Of a DNA stretch of 64,000 nt, positions 33,068-44,617 are shown piece by piece. Positions within the stretch are counted from its first letter, which is position 1. Each line of letters opens with the position of its first letter. The stretch comes from an uncultured Nitrososphaerales archaeon (GTDB taxonomy: Archaea > Thermoproteota > Nitrososphaeria > Nitrososphaerales > Nitrososphaeraceae), in NCBI GenBank assembly GCA_963709405.1, contig CAVPXM010000073.1, positions 32,001-96,000 of the forward strand, written 5' to 3'. A program made the translations under genes and the position numbers. Below the pieces are notes generated by a model. The model worked only from the letters and a program-made list of their open reading frames with translations. It was not told the origin of the DNA and ran no database searches.

Positions 33068-33880
33068 ATGAAAAATAAAATAGCATTTTTGAATGTCTCA
33101 CTGGTATTAACTGTATTATCCTTAGCGTTACTTCACGTGCAATCATCATCTTATCCTCTTGAAACAATAATTCATGGAGCAAAGGCTGCTGAAACGGCCG
33201 AAGAAAGAGCACATGAGGAGGGTGGAAATAGCACTATCCAAAATGGTTTTTCTCCAGCAAGTCCTGAAGAAAGCAAGCAAGTGACTAAACAATCAGAAAA
33301 AGAAGTCGCAATCAATTTATCACCACAAAGTTTAATTCAATCAGGCTCTCCATTGCAAGGAAATCCAGCAGCACCAGTTACAATAGTTGAATTTGGTGAC
33401 TTTCAATGTAAATTCTGTGATAGATTTGCTAAAGAAACTGAACCAAAGATTAATGCGACTTATATTCAGACAGGTAAAGCAAATATGATTTTCAAAAATT
33501 TTGTAACCCATGGGCCAGATTCAATCACTGCCGCTATGGCAGCCCAGTGCGCTAATGACCAAGGTAAGTTTTGGAGTTTTTATCAGATCCTCTATAAAAA
33601 TCAAGGAGAGGAAAACTCTGGTTGGGCTAATACAAGCAATATGAAAAAGTTTGCATCACAAATACCTGGCTTGAACATTCAAAAGTTTAATTCGTGCCTT
33701 GATAGCAGTAAATACAAATCATTTGTAGATAAGGATAATACTCTAGCAATATCTTCAGGATTTCAGGGCACGCCTAGTTTTGTAATAGAAAAGAAAGACG
33801 GTTCAAGTAGAGAAATGTTACTCGGAGCATATCCTTTTCCTTCATTCCAGGCGGTAATAGATAAGAAATTAAATGAATAA
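33068..33880 (+). CDS. DsbA-family thiol-disulfide oxidoreductase
   Basis: Signal peptide; VTIVEFGDFQCKFC; GTPSF. Confidence 0.92.
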   Translation: MKNKIAFLNVSLVLTVLSLALLHVQSSSYPLETIIHGAKAAETAEERAHEEGGNSTIQNGFSPASPEESKQVTKQSEKEVAINLSPQSLIQSGSPLQGNPAAPVTIVEFGDFQCKFCDRFAKETEPKINATYIQTGKANMIFKNFVTHGPDSITAAMAAQCANDQGKFWSFYQILYKNQGEENSGWANTSNMKKFASQIPGLNIQKFNSCLDSSKYKSFVDKDNTLAISSGFQGTPSFVIEKKDGSSREMLLGAYPFPSFQAVIDKKLNE

Positions 33881-34469
33881 TGAATGGATTAAAAGTAAAT
33901 TGAAAAGAGATAATAAAATAACTTCATTGCCGAAATTATCTGGATCGCGACCTTATCTTACTATTTCGACTTCAATAAGAATAGTCTTCTCAAATTGGCA
34001 TTATGTTGTTATAGCAGGAATTATATCCGCAATATTCTGGATCATATTTAGTATTTTTGACCAATTGCTATTTTTTACACCTATCTTTGTATTTTACCTA
34101 CCAGATGATGCAGTAACAGGATTTATTCTCTCCACTATAACTGCAATCCTTTTGGGTGTTGTTGTAGGAATGAATGTATATGTGCTAAGACATTCAAAAG
34201 GTTTGAAGATAAATATTAAATCATTTTTTTCAGGATCAACTTTAAGTGTGCTTTCAAGCACATGTGCTAGTTGTTCCTCACTGGGTTTTCTCCTTGTTTC
34301 TGCATTCGGAGGAATAGGGGTAACTGCATCAGCCTTTCTATCTAATTATCAGACACCTTTACGAATTCTTTCGATAGCCCTATTGATATGGGCACTATAT
34401 TCAATAAGTAATAAATTGACTAATAGTTGTGCACTACAAAAAGATGACATAATTAAAAACACCAAATAA
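33873..34469 (+). CDS. Membrane protein with CxxC, probable DsbA partner
   Basis: About four TMs; STCASC; overlaps the dsbA stop. Confidence 0.75.
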   Translation: MNNEWIKSKLKRDNKITSLPKLSGSRPYLTISTSIRIVFSNWHYVVIAGIISAIFWIIFSIFDQLLFFTPIFVFYLPDDAVTGFILSTITAILLGVVVGMNVYVLRHSKGLKINIKSFFSGSTLSVLSSTCASCSSLGFLLVSAFGGIGVTASAFLSNYQTPLRILSIALLIWALYSISNKLTNSCALQKDDIIKNTK

Positions 34470-34546
34470 TAAGAGCAGTCATTAGAGGACAAATCCGTAG
34501 CAATAGTAATGCTATTCCTGCAATTCAATCAACAAATTACCAGTTA

Positions 34547-34681
34547 TCATATGGACTCCTCACCATGAATCGTAGACCAACAACAACAATCCTCTAAGAC
34601 ACAGTTAGGGTAATTAAATGAAGAAATACTTGCTATACATTCTTCTGGATAACAACCACAATCCACACATTTAATTTTCAC
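34547..34681 (-). CDS. Cys-rich 44-aa microprotein, copy C (GTG start, not in ORF track)
   Basis: (M)KIKCVDCGCYPEECIASISSFNYPNCVLEDCCCWSTIHGEESI. Confidence 0.78.
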   Translation of the reverse strand: MKIKCVDCGCYPEECIASISSFNYPNCVLEDCCCWSTIHGEESI

Positions 34682-34991
34682 AATATTCTCATGTATGTAA
34701 TGCTAGGTGATAAAGTATACTTTGATTACTATCTCATTAGATATTCGTATTTGCATAGTAGTTATGTTGCTAAACCACTGGTAAATGAGTTGGACAATAA
34801 CGTATGAAGAAGAGAGACCAAACTACAATGAATTGGAGACGTAAATCAGGACATGATGATATCCGATCTGTGCAAGGCGGAGTAGCAACAGTAGCGGCAG
34901 TGGAGATTCTATCAGTGGTTAGCTTCTCTGCACTGGCACAAGCACACGACTCTGATTCATAGAATAGATCATTCTCATTCTTCTTTGATTT

Positions 34992-35966
34992 TCATGTTAA
35001 TGAAAGAAAGGTTTCTAGCACTGCTGTAGATTGTTGTGGATATTGGAACATCAGACCATGTCCTCCTCCTCTTATTTGCACAAGCCATGCTCCAGGGATT
35101 TTTTCTGCTATCATTACCGAATTTGCTGGTGGGGAGGTTATATCGTCAGTTCCAGTTATAACCAAGGTGGGCTTTGTTATGCTTGAGAGTCTATTGCAAG
35201 TGCCACTCCATTTACTAGTAGCTTCAAGCTGAAGCTGAAGACTTTCTTTAGAAACCTTACCCATTGGAAGTTTGGGCACAAAATTCTTTTCAATATAGTC
35301 TGTGTGCTGCTTTATCCATTCTTTTGGAAACAATGTAGATAAGAATGTGTCAATACTCTCAATACTGGCATTACCAGATACCACACTTCTAATAATCTCA
35401 GGGCTTAGTTGAGGAGGTAAAGTCTCCTTTCCTCCACAAGTTGATGAATAAATTATAAGTCTGTTTACCTTCTCTGGATGCAAAAGAGTAAGCTCTTGAG
35501 CGACAAATCCCCCTGCAGATAAACCAAGTACGTCAACAGGTTTTCGGATTCCTAATGCATCTATTAAACCAGCAGTATCATTAGCAAATAGTTGTATCGA
35601 GGGAGTTTTGTTACCGGCAGTTGGCTTTCCAATTCCTCGATTATCAAAAATGATTATTGTATGATTTGAAGATAGTTTGTCTAACCCTATTGGTTCCTAC
35701 ATATCCATTGTCATTGAAAAACCTGGAATGAGCAATAATGGTTCACCTTTGCCAAATATTTTGTATGAAATATCAATATCACCTACTTTCACTTTTTTCG
35801 TAGGTATGCTATCTACTAATGAAGATGTATCGTTAATCTTCTTCTGTGCTTGAGCTGTTAGAGCGATTGTATTTTTGAAGATTAATGACGTTGGGACAAC
35901 TAAGCTGATAAATATAAAAGCAAGTAAAAGATATTTATTCAAACCGCTCCTATTCTCTTCAATCAT
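34992..35966 (-). pseudogene. Alpha/beta hydrolase with an internal stop (TAG at 35697-35699)
   Basis: GEPLLLIPGF, FDNRGIG, LGLSAGGFVAQ, PTLVITGTDD, GGGHGL. Confidence 0.85.
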
Positions 35967-36014
35967 TTCAATCTCATGATAGCCAAAATTATATTAATTA
36001 ATCTTATCTTTAGC

Positions 36015-36300
36015 CTAGTTTTTCAAATATAGATTTTCAAACAGATACTCTTGCGCTTCCACAATCCCCTTTACCATAGTTAAAATAGCTCGAGATAACG
36101 GACTTGTTTCCTGTGAAACTCCATGGAGTAATGCCTCTCTTCCATCAGCTATTCCAAAATTAGGTCTAACTACATCTAGATGAGGGAGTTCGCAAACATC
36201 CAATAGCTTTTTACAATAAATAATATTATCTGACGTAATCTCAGTTACAATTCTTACCTTTACCCCTTTTTCCTTAAGTGGAACTAGACCAGTTTATATT
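36015..36300 (-). pseudogene. TrmB-like sensor domain fragment
   Basis: EKGVKVRIVTEITSDN...NFGIAD...AQEYLFENLY. Confidence 0.5.
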
Positions 36301-36593
36301 GGCCAATTCGTCAATAAGATCAATAGCGTTATAGGATGATTGTTGTGGGGAAAGAATAATGAATAGATCCTTAACTAATACAAATGTTTATATAAAAAAT
36401 ATCAAAAAAGACTCCATAATATGCCAAAATTTCTCTCTTTAGATGATATACTATTTCAGAATATTTTCCTTACTCTAGAAATTTGATATAATATGAAGAT
36501 ATGATAACAAATCATTTAGTACTGTAGATATGCCAGATTAGGCCAACACATATCAAGGGAGAAGCAGCAATATATGATCCAGGACAGGAAACA

Positions 36594-38006
36594 TTGGGCG
36601 TTAAAGAAGATATTAATAAAGATGCACACAGAAATGAGGAAAGTGTATCCAAGACTAATCTAGAAAAAATACCTCCTCATGTTTCTATTATTCATGAAAA
36701 GAAACAGAAACAGAAACAAAAAAAGAAGCATTATCATAGAAACCTCAAACAAATATTCATCTTATCGTTTGATGCCCTAAGGGAAAGAAAAGCCAGATCG
36801 ATATTGACAATATTGATGGTAGTTGCTGGTGGCGGTTTAATGATTGCACTTAATGGTATGAGTGCAGGCGTGGCCAGTCTTATTAATAAGCAATTAAGCA
36901 TCTTGGCACCCAATGTACTGTTTGTCAGTCCTGGCCAAATTAATTTTCGTGGAGGACCTTCACCACCATCTACTCTAATTTTCAATTCTGAGGTAGTAAA
37001 TAGAATAAAATCATTGCCATATGTTCAGGAGATCCTACCTACATATCAAGGTCAGTTTGAGCTCAACGCTCAAGGAAATATATTAACCACTCCTGTCCTT
37101 GCAATGGATCCGACTAAACTTCACTTGGTTAGTCCCTCATTGCAACTAGTACCTGGTTCGTCAATACAAGAAAATAATCCATCTGGCATGATTGTGGGCG
37201 ATACTATAGCTAATCCCCCAGGAAAGACAGGCTTTGTAACAGTTGGCCAGAATATCAAGGCAACATATTCCTTTGCAGACCCTAGAACAGGAAAGCTCCA
37301 ACACCAGTCTCGAAGTTTTGTGATAAGTGCAATAATGGAACCTTCTGGGAATAGTTTCATAGATAGGTCAGTTATAATCAATCTACCAACTGGCAATTCA
37401 TTATTCAAAAAAGGAGGAAAGTATGATCAAATGGCAGTAATTGCACTTTCTGGCGATTATGTTAATGCTGTTCAACAGGAGATCACAAATCTATATGGAA
37501 GTAACAATATTGGAGTTACAACTCCTAAAGCTATCCTTAAAACAATACAGGGGGCACAGGGAGGAAATAGTTCATTTCAAACAGGTATAGCATTTATTGC
37601 ACTACTTGTAGGAGCTGTAGGAATTATTACTACTCTCTATACATCAGTTAATGAAAGAATAAAAGAAATTGGAACAATGAAGGCTATTGGTGCAAAAAAT
37701 AGGTTCATCCTTGCACTGTTTCTAAGTGAGGCTCTGATTATCGGTCTTTTAGGCTCAACACTAGGATTAGTTACAGGTGTTGCAGGTGCGTATATACTAA
37801 CATCCGGCATGCTTGGAGCAGGAGGAGGTGGAGGAGGATCACCAGGATCAGGAGGAGGTGGAGGAGCTACTCATTTTGCTCCTATCTTTCTTCCTAATGA
37901 TCTTTTGAATGTGTGGTTTCTCTCGCTCTCATTAAGTTTAGCAGCAGGAGTCTATCCTGCTTGGAAGGCATCTCGTCTCTCTCCGCTAGAAGCTCTAAGA
38001 AGATAG
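36594..38006 (+). CDS. ABC transporter permease, MacB/FtsX family (no ATPase gene nearby)
   Basis: RKARSILTIL; SVNERIKEIGTMKAIGA; YPAWKASRLSPLEALR. Confidence 0.92.
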   Translation: MGVKEDINKDAHRNEESVSKTNLEKIPPHVSIIHEKKQKQKQKKKHYHRNLKQIFILSFDALRERKARSILTILMVVAGGGLMIALNGMSAGVASLINKQLSILAPNVLFVSPGQINFRGGPSPPSTLIFNSEVVNRIKSLPYVQEILPTYQGQFELNAQGNILTTPVLAMDPTKLHLVSPSLQLVPGSSIQENNPSGMIVGDTIANPPGKTGFVTVGQNIKATYSFADPRTGKLQHQSRSFVISAIMEPSGNSFIDRSVIINLPTGNSLFKKGGKYDQMAVIALSGDYVNAVQQEITNLYGSNNIGVTTPKAILKTIQGAQGGNSSFQTGIAFIALLVGAVGIITTLYTSVNERIKEIGTMKAIGAKNRFILALFLSEALIIGLLGSTLGLVTGVAGAYILTSGMLGAGGGGGGSPGSGGGGGATHFAPIFLPNDLLNVWFLSLSLSLAAGVYPAWKASRLSPLEALRR

Positions 38007-38186
38007 CTTAATTTTGCGACTAAATTAACCAACCAACAGAAATAATGGAAAATAACATGGTCCATCTGAATAATGAGAATTGTGTTTATGGCCACAGTAA
38101 CAGATGTCAATTATCACTTGACGCTACTATTATTATTATTATTGTAATTCTTTGTTTGTTTTCTGTGACTCCTATTGGCAAAATAT

Positions 38187-39388
38187 CTATGCTGTTATTT
38201 GTCTTCTCTCAATTTCTTGTAGTCTTGTTGTTATAGCAATAAGTTGATCTGATAAGTGTGCTATCGCATCATCTTTCATTTTATCACGGGCTCTCATTGA
38301 TTGGTTCAGTTGTTCTAGTTCTTCTTCTTTTGATTGTATATCTGCACCTTGTCTTTCTAGTTGATGGACATTTAGAAATGTCAAATACAGTTCGATCTTT
38401 CTAAATATCTCGGCTTTCTCTGAATCCTTTTTGAGCCAGTATGTAGAACCAGGATGGCCTATAAAATATTCAGAATAATCAGCATATCCTAGATCAGATA
38501 TAGTAGTTTTTACAAAGCGTCTAAAGAGTGAAGGGTAATTTGTCTTCGTCGTTTGTTACTATCCTCTCGAGCACCTTTACCCATTCTGTCCAAGGTCTTT
38601 GCAAAAGACCTAACTAAATCTTGATATAATGAAAGGGTTTTTGGGATGTCCTTGTTCTGATAAACCGCAAATACTAGATCAGTATCATCTTTAGTAGGGG
38701 TTCTATATTCTGTTATTGTTTTATTTTTTGATGTCGTATTCTGCTAATTGTTGTAAGATACTCTCCTTGTCGATATTTATAATCTATCCATAACTTTAGC
38801 TGCTGTGTCATCTCATCAGTTAAAAATGCAGTTCTGTCTGTTCTAGTTTTTGTATATTCACCTCTTACAAAAAACTTCGCCGGCATTGAATTTTCTTTTA
38901 GATCAAAATCCTTGATACGAAGAGATAACGCCTCTTGTTCACGCATTCCAGTTGAAGCTAGTAACATAACATATGTTTTTAATCGAATATCTGAGCAGGC
39001 ATTTATGATATCGATAAGGTCTTCCTTTGACAATGCTTCTTTGTTTTTCTAATTAACTTTGGCAGTCTTACCTTTAACTTAAACTTCCTCGGACTAATAT
39101 CCACATCATGGTATTCAAGGAAACTCTTGACAGTGATAATACGCGATTTCATCGTCACTGTTGAAATGTTAGAGTAGCTAAGGTATGAGATATATTCATT
39201 TAAAACCTGAAAAACATCATTATTCCCTTCTCTAATTCTTTTAATAAGTTCGTCTGTGGTTAGATTAAACGTATTTGATATAAAGTTCCTGAATGAGGTT
39301 AATCTTCTAAGGTATACATATGCTGTCGATTTATTCATAATACTGACATTTTGATATACTTAGAAATTGAATCGCCATCGCTAACCAT
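38187..39388 (-). pseudogene. Tyrosine recombinase/integrase with several frameshifts
   Basis: ASTGMREQE, TK, TLHS/LRRF split by an indel, YSEYFIGHPGSTYW; related to 8485-9261. Confidence 0.85.
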
Positions 39389-39515
39389 AGGCTTAACGCT
39401 TCGAATTGGCGACGATGACGGTGAATGAGCAAGCCCCATTTACTTCATAATAGGTTAACGAGTTAATATAACTTTTGTATTCATTGATTTGTATGCGCAA
39501 TGAAACATATTGTTT

Positions 39516-40019
39516 CTATATTTTTTTCAAAAGTTTTGGACTTAATAGCCATCGCAGCTCCCCTTTCATGATAGGCATTAAAGATGTTATTACAAGTTTC
39601 GCTAAGCCAGATTTTTTAAGAATTATTCTAGCATTGTCATCACTATCGGAATCAAATGTCAGATTGCCTATCATTTCAGTAAGATAAGGTTGATGCCCTA
39701 CAATTAAGAGGGACGAATCTAATTTCAATTGTGATAATTTTTTATATAGTTCTGATCTATTGCCTTCAGGTTTTAATTCATTCCAATCTTCCACTCTCTC
39801 TTCCATCGCAAATACCTTAGATACAATGACAGCTGTTTGATGCGCTCTTTTTAGAGGACTAGTGATTATCCTATCGATATTAATATTTAATTTCTTCAAT
39901 GATATCGATATATTTTCTACTTCTTTTTGACCTGTAGATGTAAGTGGTCTATCAAAGTCCTTACTTCCGGACTGCAATCTTTTGCCAGCTTCACCATGAC
40001 GAAATAGAAATAATTCCAT
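39516..40019 (-). CDS. sixA: Phosphohistidine phosphatase SixA
   Basis: FRHGEA, DRPLT, TSPLKRAHQTA, LIVGHQP. Confidence 0.92.
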   Translation of the reverse strand: MELFLFRHGEAGKRLQSGSKDFDRPLTSTGQKEVENISISLKKLNINIDRIITSPLKRAHQTAVIVSKVFAMEERVEDWNELKPEGNRSELYKKLSQLKLDSSLLIVGHQPYLTEMIGNLTFDSDSDDNARIILKKSGLAKLVITSLMPIMKGELRWLLSPKLLKKI

Positions 40020-40174
40020 TTTATGAAATATATTGGTACCAAATATTATTTTACTATTTAAGATTTGAAATAAAATATTTCAAGTAAATGGTAAACTTTT
40101 CGAGCTACTTTCACCATTGATAAAGATAAAGCCATCCTGCATATTATTTATACTTATTTACGAGACGGATTTTC

Positions 40175-40447
40175 TTACGCTTTATTCTTAGCCAAAGACT
40201 TGAAGTTAATTTCCAACCCACCTTTTGGCTTAATTAACAAATCATAATATTCATTTATCTCAAGAGGAATTAATGATAGATTATCCTTTAAACATGAGGG
40301 GCAAATACTAAGCAACTCTTGTGTCATCCCGATTTCAAAAATAGTTGCACTCCATAAACAGGAATCACAAAGAGCAAAGCTGCGTTTAGCAATATTGTAC
40401 AAATTCTCAATCGATTTTATTTGATACGTATGCAACTTCTTGTCCAT
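40175..40447 (-). CDS. Small Zn-ribbon protein
   Basis: CDSCLWSAT...CPSC. Confidence 0.7.
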   Translation of the reverse strand: MDKKLHTYQIKSIENLYNIAKRSFALCDSCLWSATIFEIGMTQELLSICPSCLKDNLSLIPLEINEYYDLLIKPKGGLEINFKSLAKNKA

Positions 40448-42474
40448 TCATGAAACGATCTTTCATAAATCTCTTACCAAATAACAGTACTTATAATATA
40501 TGACACTATAGAGAGGTCAGCAGTATCATTACTTTATGTTCAACATACATTTGATTGATGAAATAAATCATAATAGTAATAATGATAACAACATAGTGAA
40601 ATGACTTGCGTTTAATTCGTGTTTATCGATTCATCTCAAATGAGTATTAAAGAAGTTGACTGAGCAAGTAGCAGGTAATATGTTACGGTGAAATTTTTGG
40701 CGGTCCTCCATTAAACATTTTTTTGTCAAAGAAAATATATTTAACTCTGACAGTTTACTAGATATCACTCCAAGTGTTGCTCCATATATTAGATGAAATA
40801 TAACTTAGCCACCAGCTACTACGTAGTATAAATTCCTAAAAATGCTTACAAAGTAGGTTTCACGATATATTTGAAACTATATCATCTGTAGAGAGGATAA
40901 TGTTTTGATAGGCTCTAATTCTTGTATATCGAGGTAGCGTGCCAGATAAGTATACACAATCTTATAATGTTGGATCGTTCAAGTATTTGAGTGAATAATG
41001 TAAAGTACAGGACTCGATACCTATTGTAGTATATATAGAAATCAGAAGGGAGCAAGATCGATTTACTGCAGATATTCATATAGAGGCCTCGATAGCCATA
41101 AAATAACTGAATATCATACTTGATAACCCATGAATATGAACACCAGTAGTTGTTATGGTAAAAAATATTTTTCATCTAACACTGCATTATTGATTATTGA
41201 CCCATTCAACGGTTTATTTATTTGAGGGTGGTAGACTATGGTCTTTTAAGAAAGAAACCGTCAATTGCACCAGTCTCATCAAAAATCTAAGAAATATAAT
41301 TTGTGTTTATGTAATATATTACTATTCAAAGTAGTCTATCTTGAAAGATAAGAATGACTGAATTCGAGACCTACGGTAAAATCTCCTTGCACTAAAACGG
41401 GTTCATGTCGTCATGTTCGAAACGATACAAAAATTAGCTACCATTCATTGATGCACAAGCCTAAATATTCCTAACCCATCCTTTAATTGACACAATATTT
41501 CTTGATTTGATTCAATCAGTCTAAAAAAATAGCATATGATTGATGGTGTGCCCCAAAGCAATCTGTAAGGATGAACCCATGTCATCAATTTTCTACATTT
41601 ATGCTATCGGGGATTCCCGTCAACCTTATGCTGTAAAATGACAGCAGATCTATCTATTGACTACAGCGATAAATGGCTATTCAAAATGAATTAGTAACAT
41701 GGCGTGATCTCTATGCGACATATATGATCTATATAACTGGAGAAGACATGTGAGAAACGTTTGATTTTTTTTGAAAAATATACCAACCTAGGCGTGAAGG
41801 CATTGGCCAGCATACTTGTGAATGTTACATATAATAACAGCTTAATGGTTTTCTTATGATAAAACATCTGGACATCGGATACAGTGTCATAATATACATT
41901 TACATTTGACAGTTTTGCTCAGAAATATGAATGCACTCCGAGTCCATACCAGTTTCATTTAATTGGGCAATAAGAAATATATCTCATAATAAAGAATTGG
42001 TTTGAATTGAGTAAAAGGTTACCACGAATAGACTTACTAAATTACCAAACAATTCCCCAGAATTATAAGAACAGTCAAAAGTAAAATGTGCAGGAAAAAA
42101 GAATCAGATTTGGCGTTAGATCTTGACTCATCATACTTTTTTATTTCCTGAATCGATTGTTCAGATGAATAAGTTGCAAACATAAAAAATACCAGAATTA
42201 GATACAAATATTATCCGTTGCAAAGTACGTTATACAATGAGCCTAAAATTACCTACTATTGTTAAGTAGCTGATGGTCGATGACTATCATAAGGAAGGGC
42301 TATTGACAAATATTATATGTAGGGCAGCGCGATTGATATAATTTATTTTCTAATATTATTTAATCCGATATCTCACAGGTGAATATTGGAAAAAATAAAT
42401 ATTTATTACCAATAGAGAACCGTACCACAAATGAAAAAAGATCGCAATAATCAGTTTAAGGTAATAATATTCAA

Positions 42475-43107
42475 TTGTCAATAGTTTTTGAAATAGCAAG
42501 ACCGTTAATAGAATTCATTACTTCCTTCATTTCTAGTGTTGGATATCTCGGAATATTTTTTCTGATGACTCTTGAAAGCGCGATGATTCCAATTCCTAGT
42601 GAAATCATAATGCCTTTCTCAGGCTTCCTGGCTTCAACTGGAAAGTTTGAACCTATACTAGTAGTACTGGCTGGTTCATTAGGAAACCTAGTTGGCTCGA
42701 TATTAACATATTATTTTGGTCTTAAAGTAGGCAGATCCTTTATTATCAAATATGGAAAATACATATTTTTTAAAAAGGAGCATTTGGAGTTCACGGAAAG
42801 ACTATTTCAAAACTATGGAGATAAAATTTCATTCGTAGGTAGATTATTACCTGTTATAAGAACTTATGTTTCTCTTCCTGCGGGAATAGGAAGGACAAGA
42901 TTCACCAAATTTGTGTTCTATACCCTAGTTGGCTCTCTAATCTGGAATTCGATACTCACATTTGCCGGAATGCAACTTGGAAATAATTGGAAAAACATTG
43001 ACAAATACTCTATCTATTTAGATATTGCTACTGTTTGTATACTCGCAGTTTTTGGTGTCTGGCTTATAGTTAAAGTCAGGAAAGGACGGAAAAAACAGCT
43101 TTCATAG
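42475..43107 (+). CDS. DedA family membrane protein
   Basis: LESAMIPIPSEIIMPFSG; GRLLPVIRTYVSLPAG. Confidence 0.93.
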   Translation: MSIVFEIARPLIEFITSFISSVGYLGIFFLMTLESAMIPIPSEIIMPFSGFLASTGKFEPILVVLAGSLGNLVGSILTYYFGLKVGRSFIIKYGKYIFFKKEHLEFTERLFQNYGDKISFVGRLLPVIRTYVSLPAGIGRTRFTKFVFYTLVGSLIWNSILTFAGMQLGNNWKNIDKYSIYLDIATVCILAVFGVWLIVKVRKGRKKQLS

Positions 43108-43196
43108 AAAACTCACAAGCTTGATACATGCTGGTCGAAAACTAAATCGATAAAAAAAGACGAGCACGAGAAATAGATGAGAGGTTTGATCGTTTA

Positions 43197-44237
43197 CTAT
43201 TTCAATGAATAGTTTTGGGTGTTGTTTGTTTGATTGATTGCTGTTTGATTGATATATAGATAATTCGTGTTTGGGTCATATTGAATTTTATCCATAGTTA
43301 TTACATTAAACCCATTATCATGCAGGTATCTCATTTCTGTCTCAAACAAACCTATATCAGTACTAAACGGTCTTCGACTATTATCTATAGCATGATATGC
43401 CATTATCGGAATCGCATTTATTGTATCATTTGTATTATAACGGGTTTGACTATTTACATCATTAACAAATTTCGAAAATATTAACGTATCATTATACGCG
43501 TAATCCTGATCCCACGCATTATGACTTTGTTCTCTAATTGAATATCTATTTATAAAATTTAGCTCACCACGTTCATTATAAGTTTTGCAATCGATTTGAT
43601 TGGGAGCTCTTTCATATCCCCTACAATGCAAATACATTAAATGAGCAAACCCGTTATCTGCAAGATTATAATATTTGGAAATTTCATTAATTATAGTTGA
43701 GTTATTCCATGCATCTCCATGAGGTACTGCAAAAATGGTAGCTCTGATGGCATGATCTGCTAGACACTTTTTTGACTGGCTTATTTCAAATTCCAAATCT
43801 TTGTAAGGCAGGCCATTCAAATCTCTATGTGACATAGCTTTAGATTCCACATCGTGGCCTTGGCTGTGTAATAGTTGTATCTCCTGCCAACTCATTCGTG
43901 AACTTTTATCATCATCGACTGTACCTACCCAGTTACATGTTACAAAGAAACTTCCTTTAAATCCGTACTTGTCAAGGATTGGTTTTGCATTCGTATATTG
44001 AGTTTGTGATATATCCCCAAATGTTAAAATTATTATTTTATTCAAATTAATAGGACGGATTTTAGTACTATTCTGAACATAGGAAACGGTCTTATTTTGA
44101 TCTTTACCTGCAATTGCTATAAATCTAAGTGGGTGCACATATAATCCAAGAACTATCAGTATTGTTAGAATCAAGAATGCTGTCACGAATATTTTCTTGT
44201 TATTTGCAAAAAAATGGATTGAGAATGGAAGTACCAT
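43197..44237 (-). CDS. Polysaccharide deacetylase (CE4/NodB)-like exported protein
   Basis: ILTFGD, KYGFKGSFFV, SHRDL, FAVPHG, PIMAYH. Confidence 0.8.
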   Translation of the reverse strand: MVLPFSIHFFANNKKIFVTAFLILTILIVLGLYVHPLRFIAIAGKDQNKTVSYVQNSTKIRPINLNKIIILTFGDISQTQYTNAKPILDKYGFKGSFFVTCNWVGTVDDDKSSRMSWQEIQLLHSQGHDVESKAMSHRDLNGLPYKDLEFEISQSKKCLADHAIRATIFAVPHGDAWNNSTIINEISKYYNLADNGFAHLMYLHCRGYERAPNQIDCKTYNERGELNFINRYSIREQSHNAWDQDYAYNDTLIFSKFVNDVNSQTRYNTNDTINAIPIMAYHAIDNSRRPFSTDIGLFETEMRYLHDNGFNVITMDKIQYDPNTNYLYINQTAINQTNNTQNYSLK

Positions 44238-44617
44238 TATAATATATATAATATAGTATTAGGTATATTTATCTAAACGTACTTAATAAATAATAGATAC
44301 CTTTTCAAATACGAATTAGATGTCATCTTCAAAACAGCTAGACATCTGTACCTAAGGCCTAATATATGCAGTTATCCGACTTCTTTGGAATAGTCTAATA
44401 ACTTCAAAAAAGAAGATTCTCAAGCATTAGTAGATAGAACTTTAAGAAATAATTCAATTATTTTGTTTTTAAATTCAATATTTTATCGCTGGTGAATTTA
44501 TTGATAGCTGCGCTATCATCCAATAATACAACTTACGCAAGTTGCTGACGAATCAGAAAACTTATTTAGTTAAAAAACGAAAAATGAAAATCGTATGATA
44601 AAGATTATATTCTAATC

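Noticed and set aside
37816-37867. GGA-rich repeat
   Set aside because: Simply encodes the Gly-rich loop of the ABC permease.
40450-42470. 2-kb gene-poor stretch, including the 86-aa ORF at 40915, as ncRNA or array
   Set aside because: No periodicity, strong hairpins or protein-like composition seen; probably decayed DNA.
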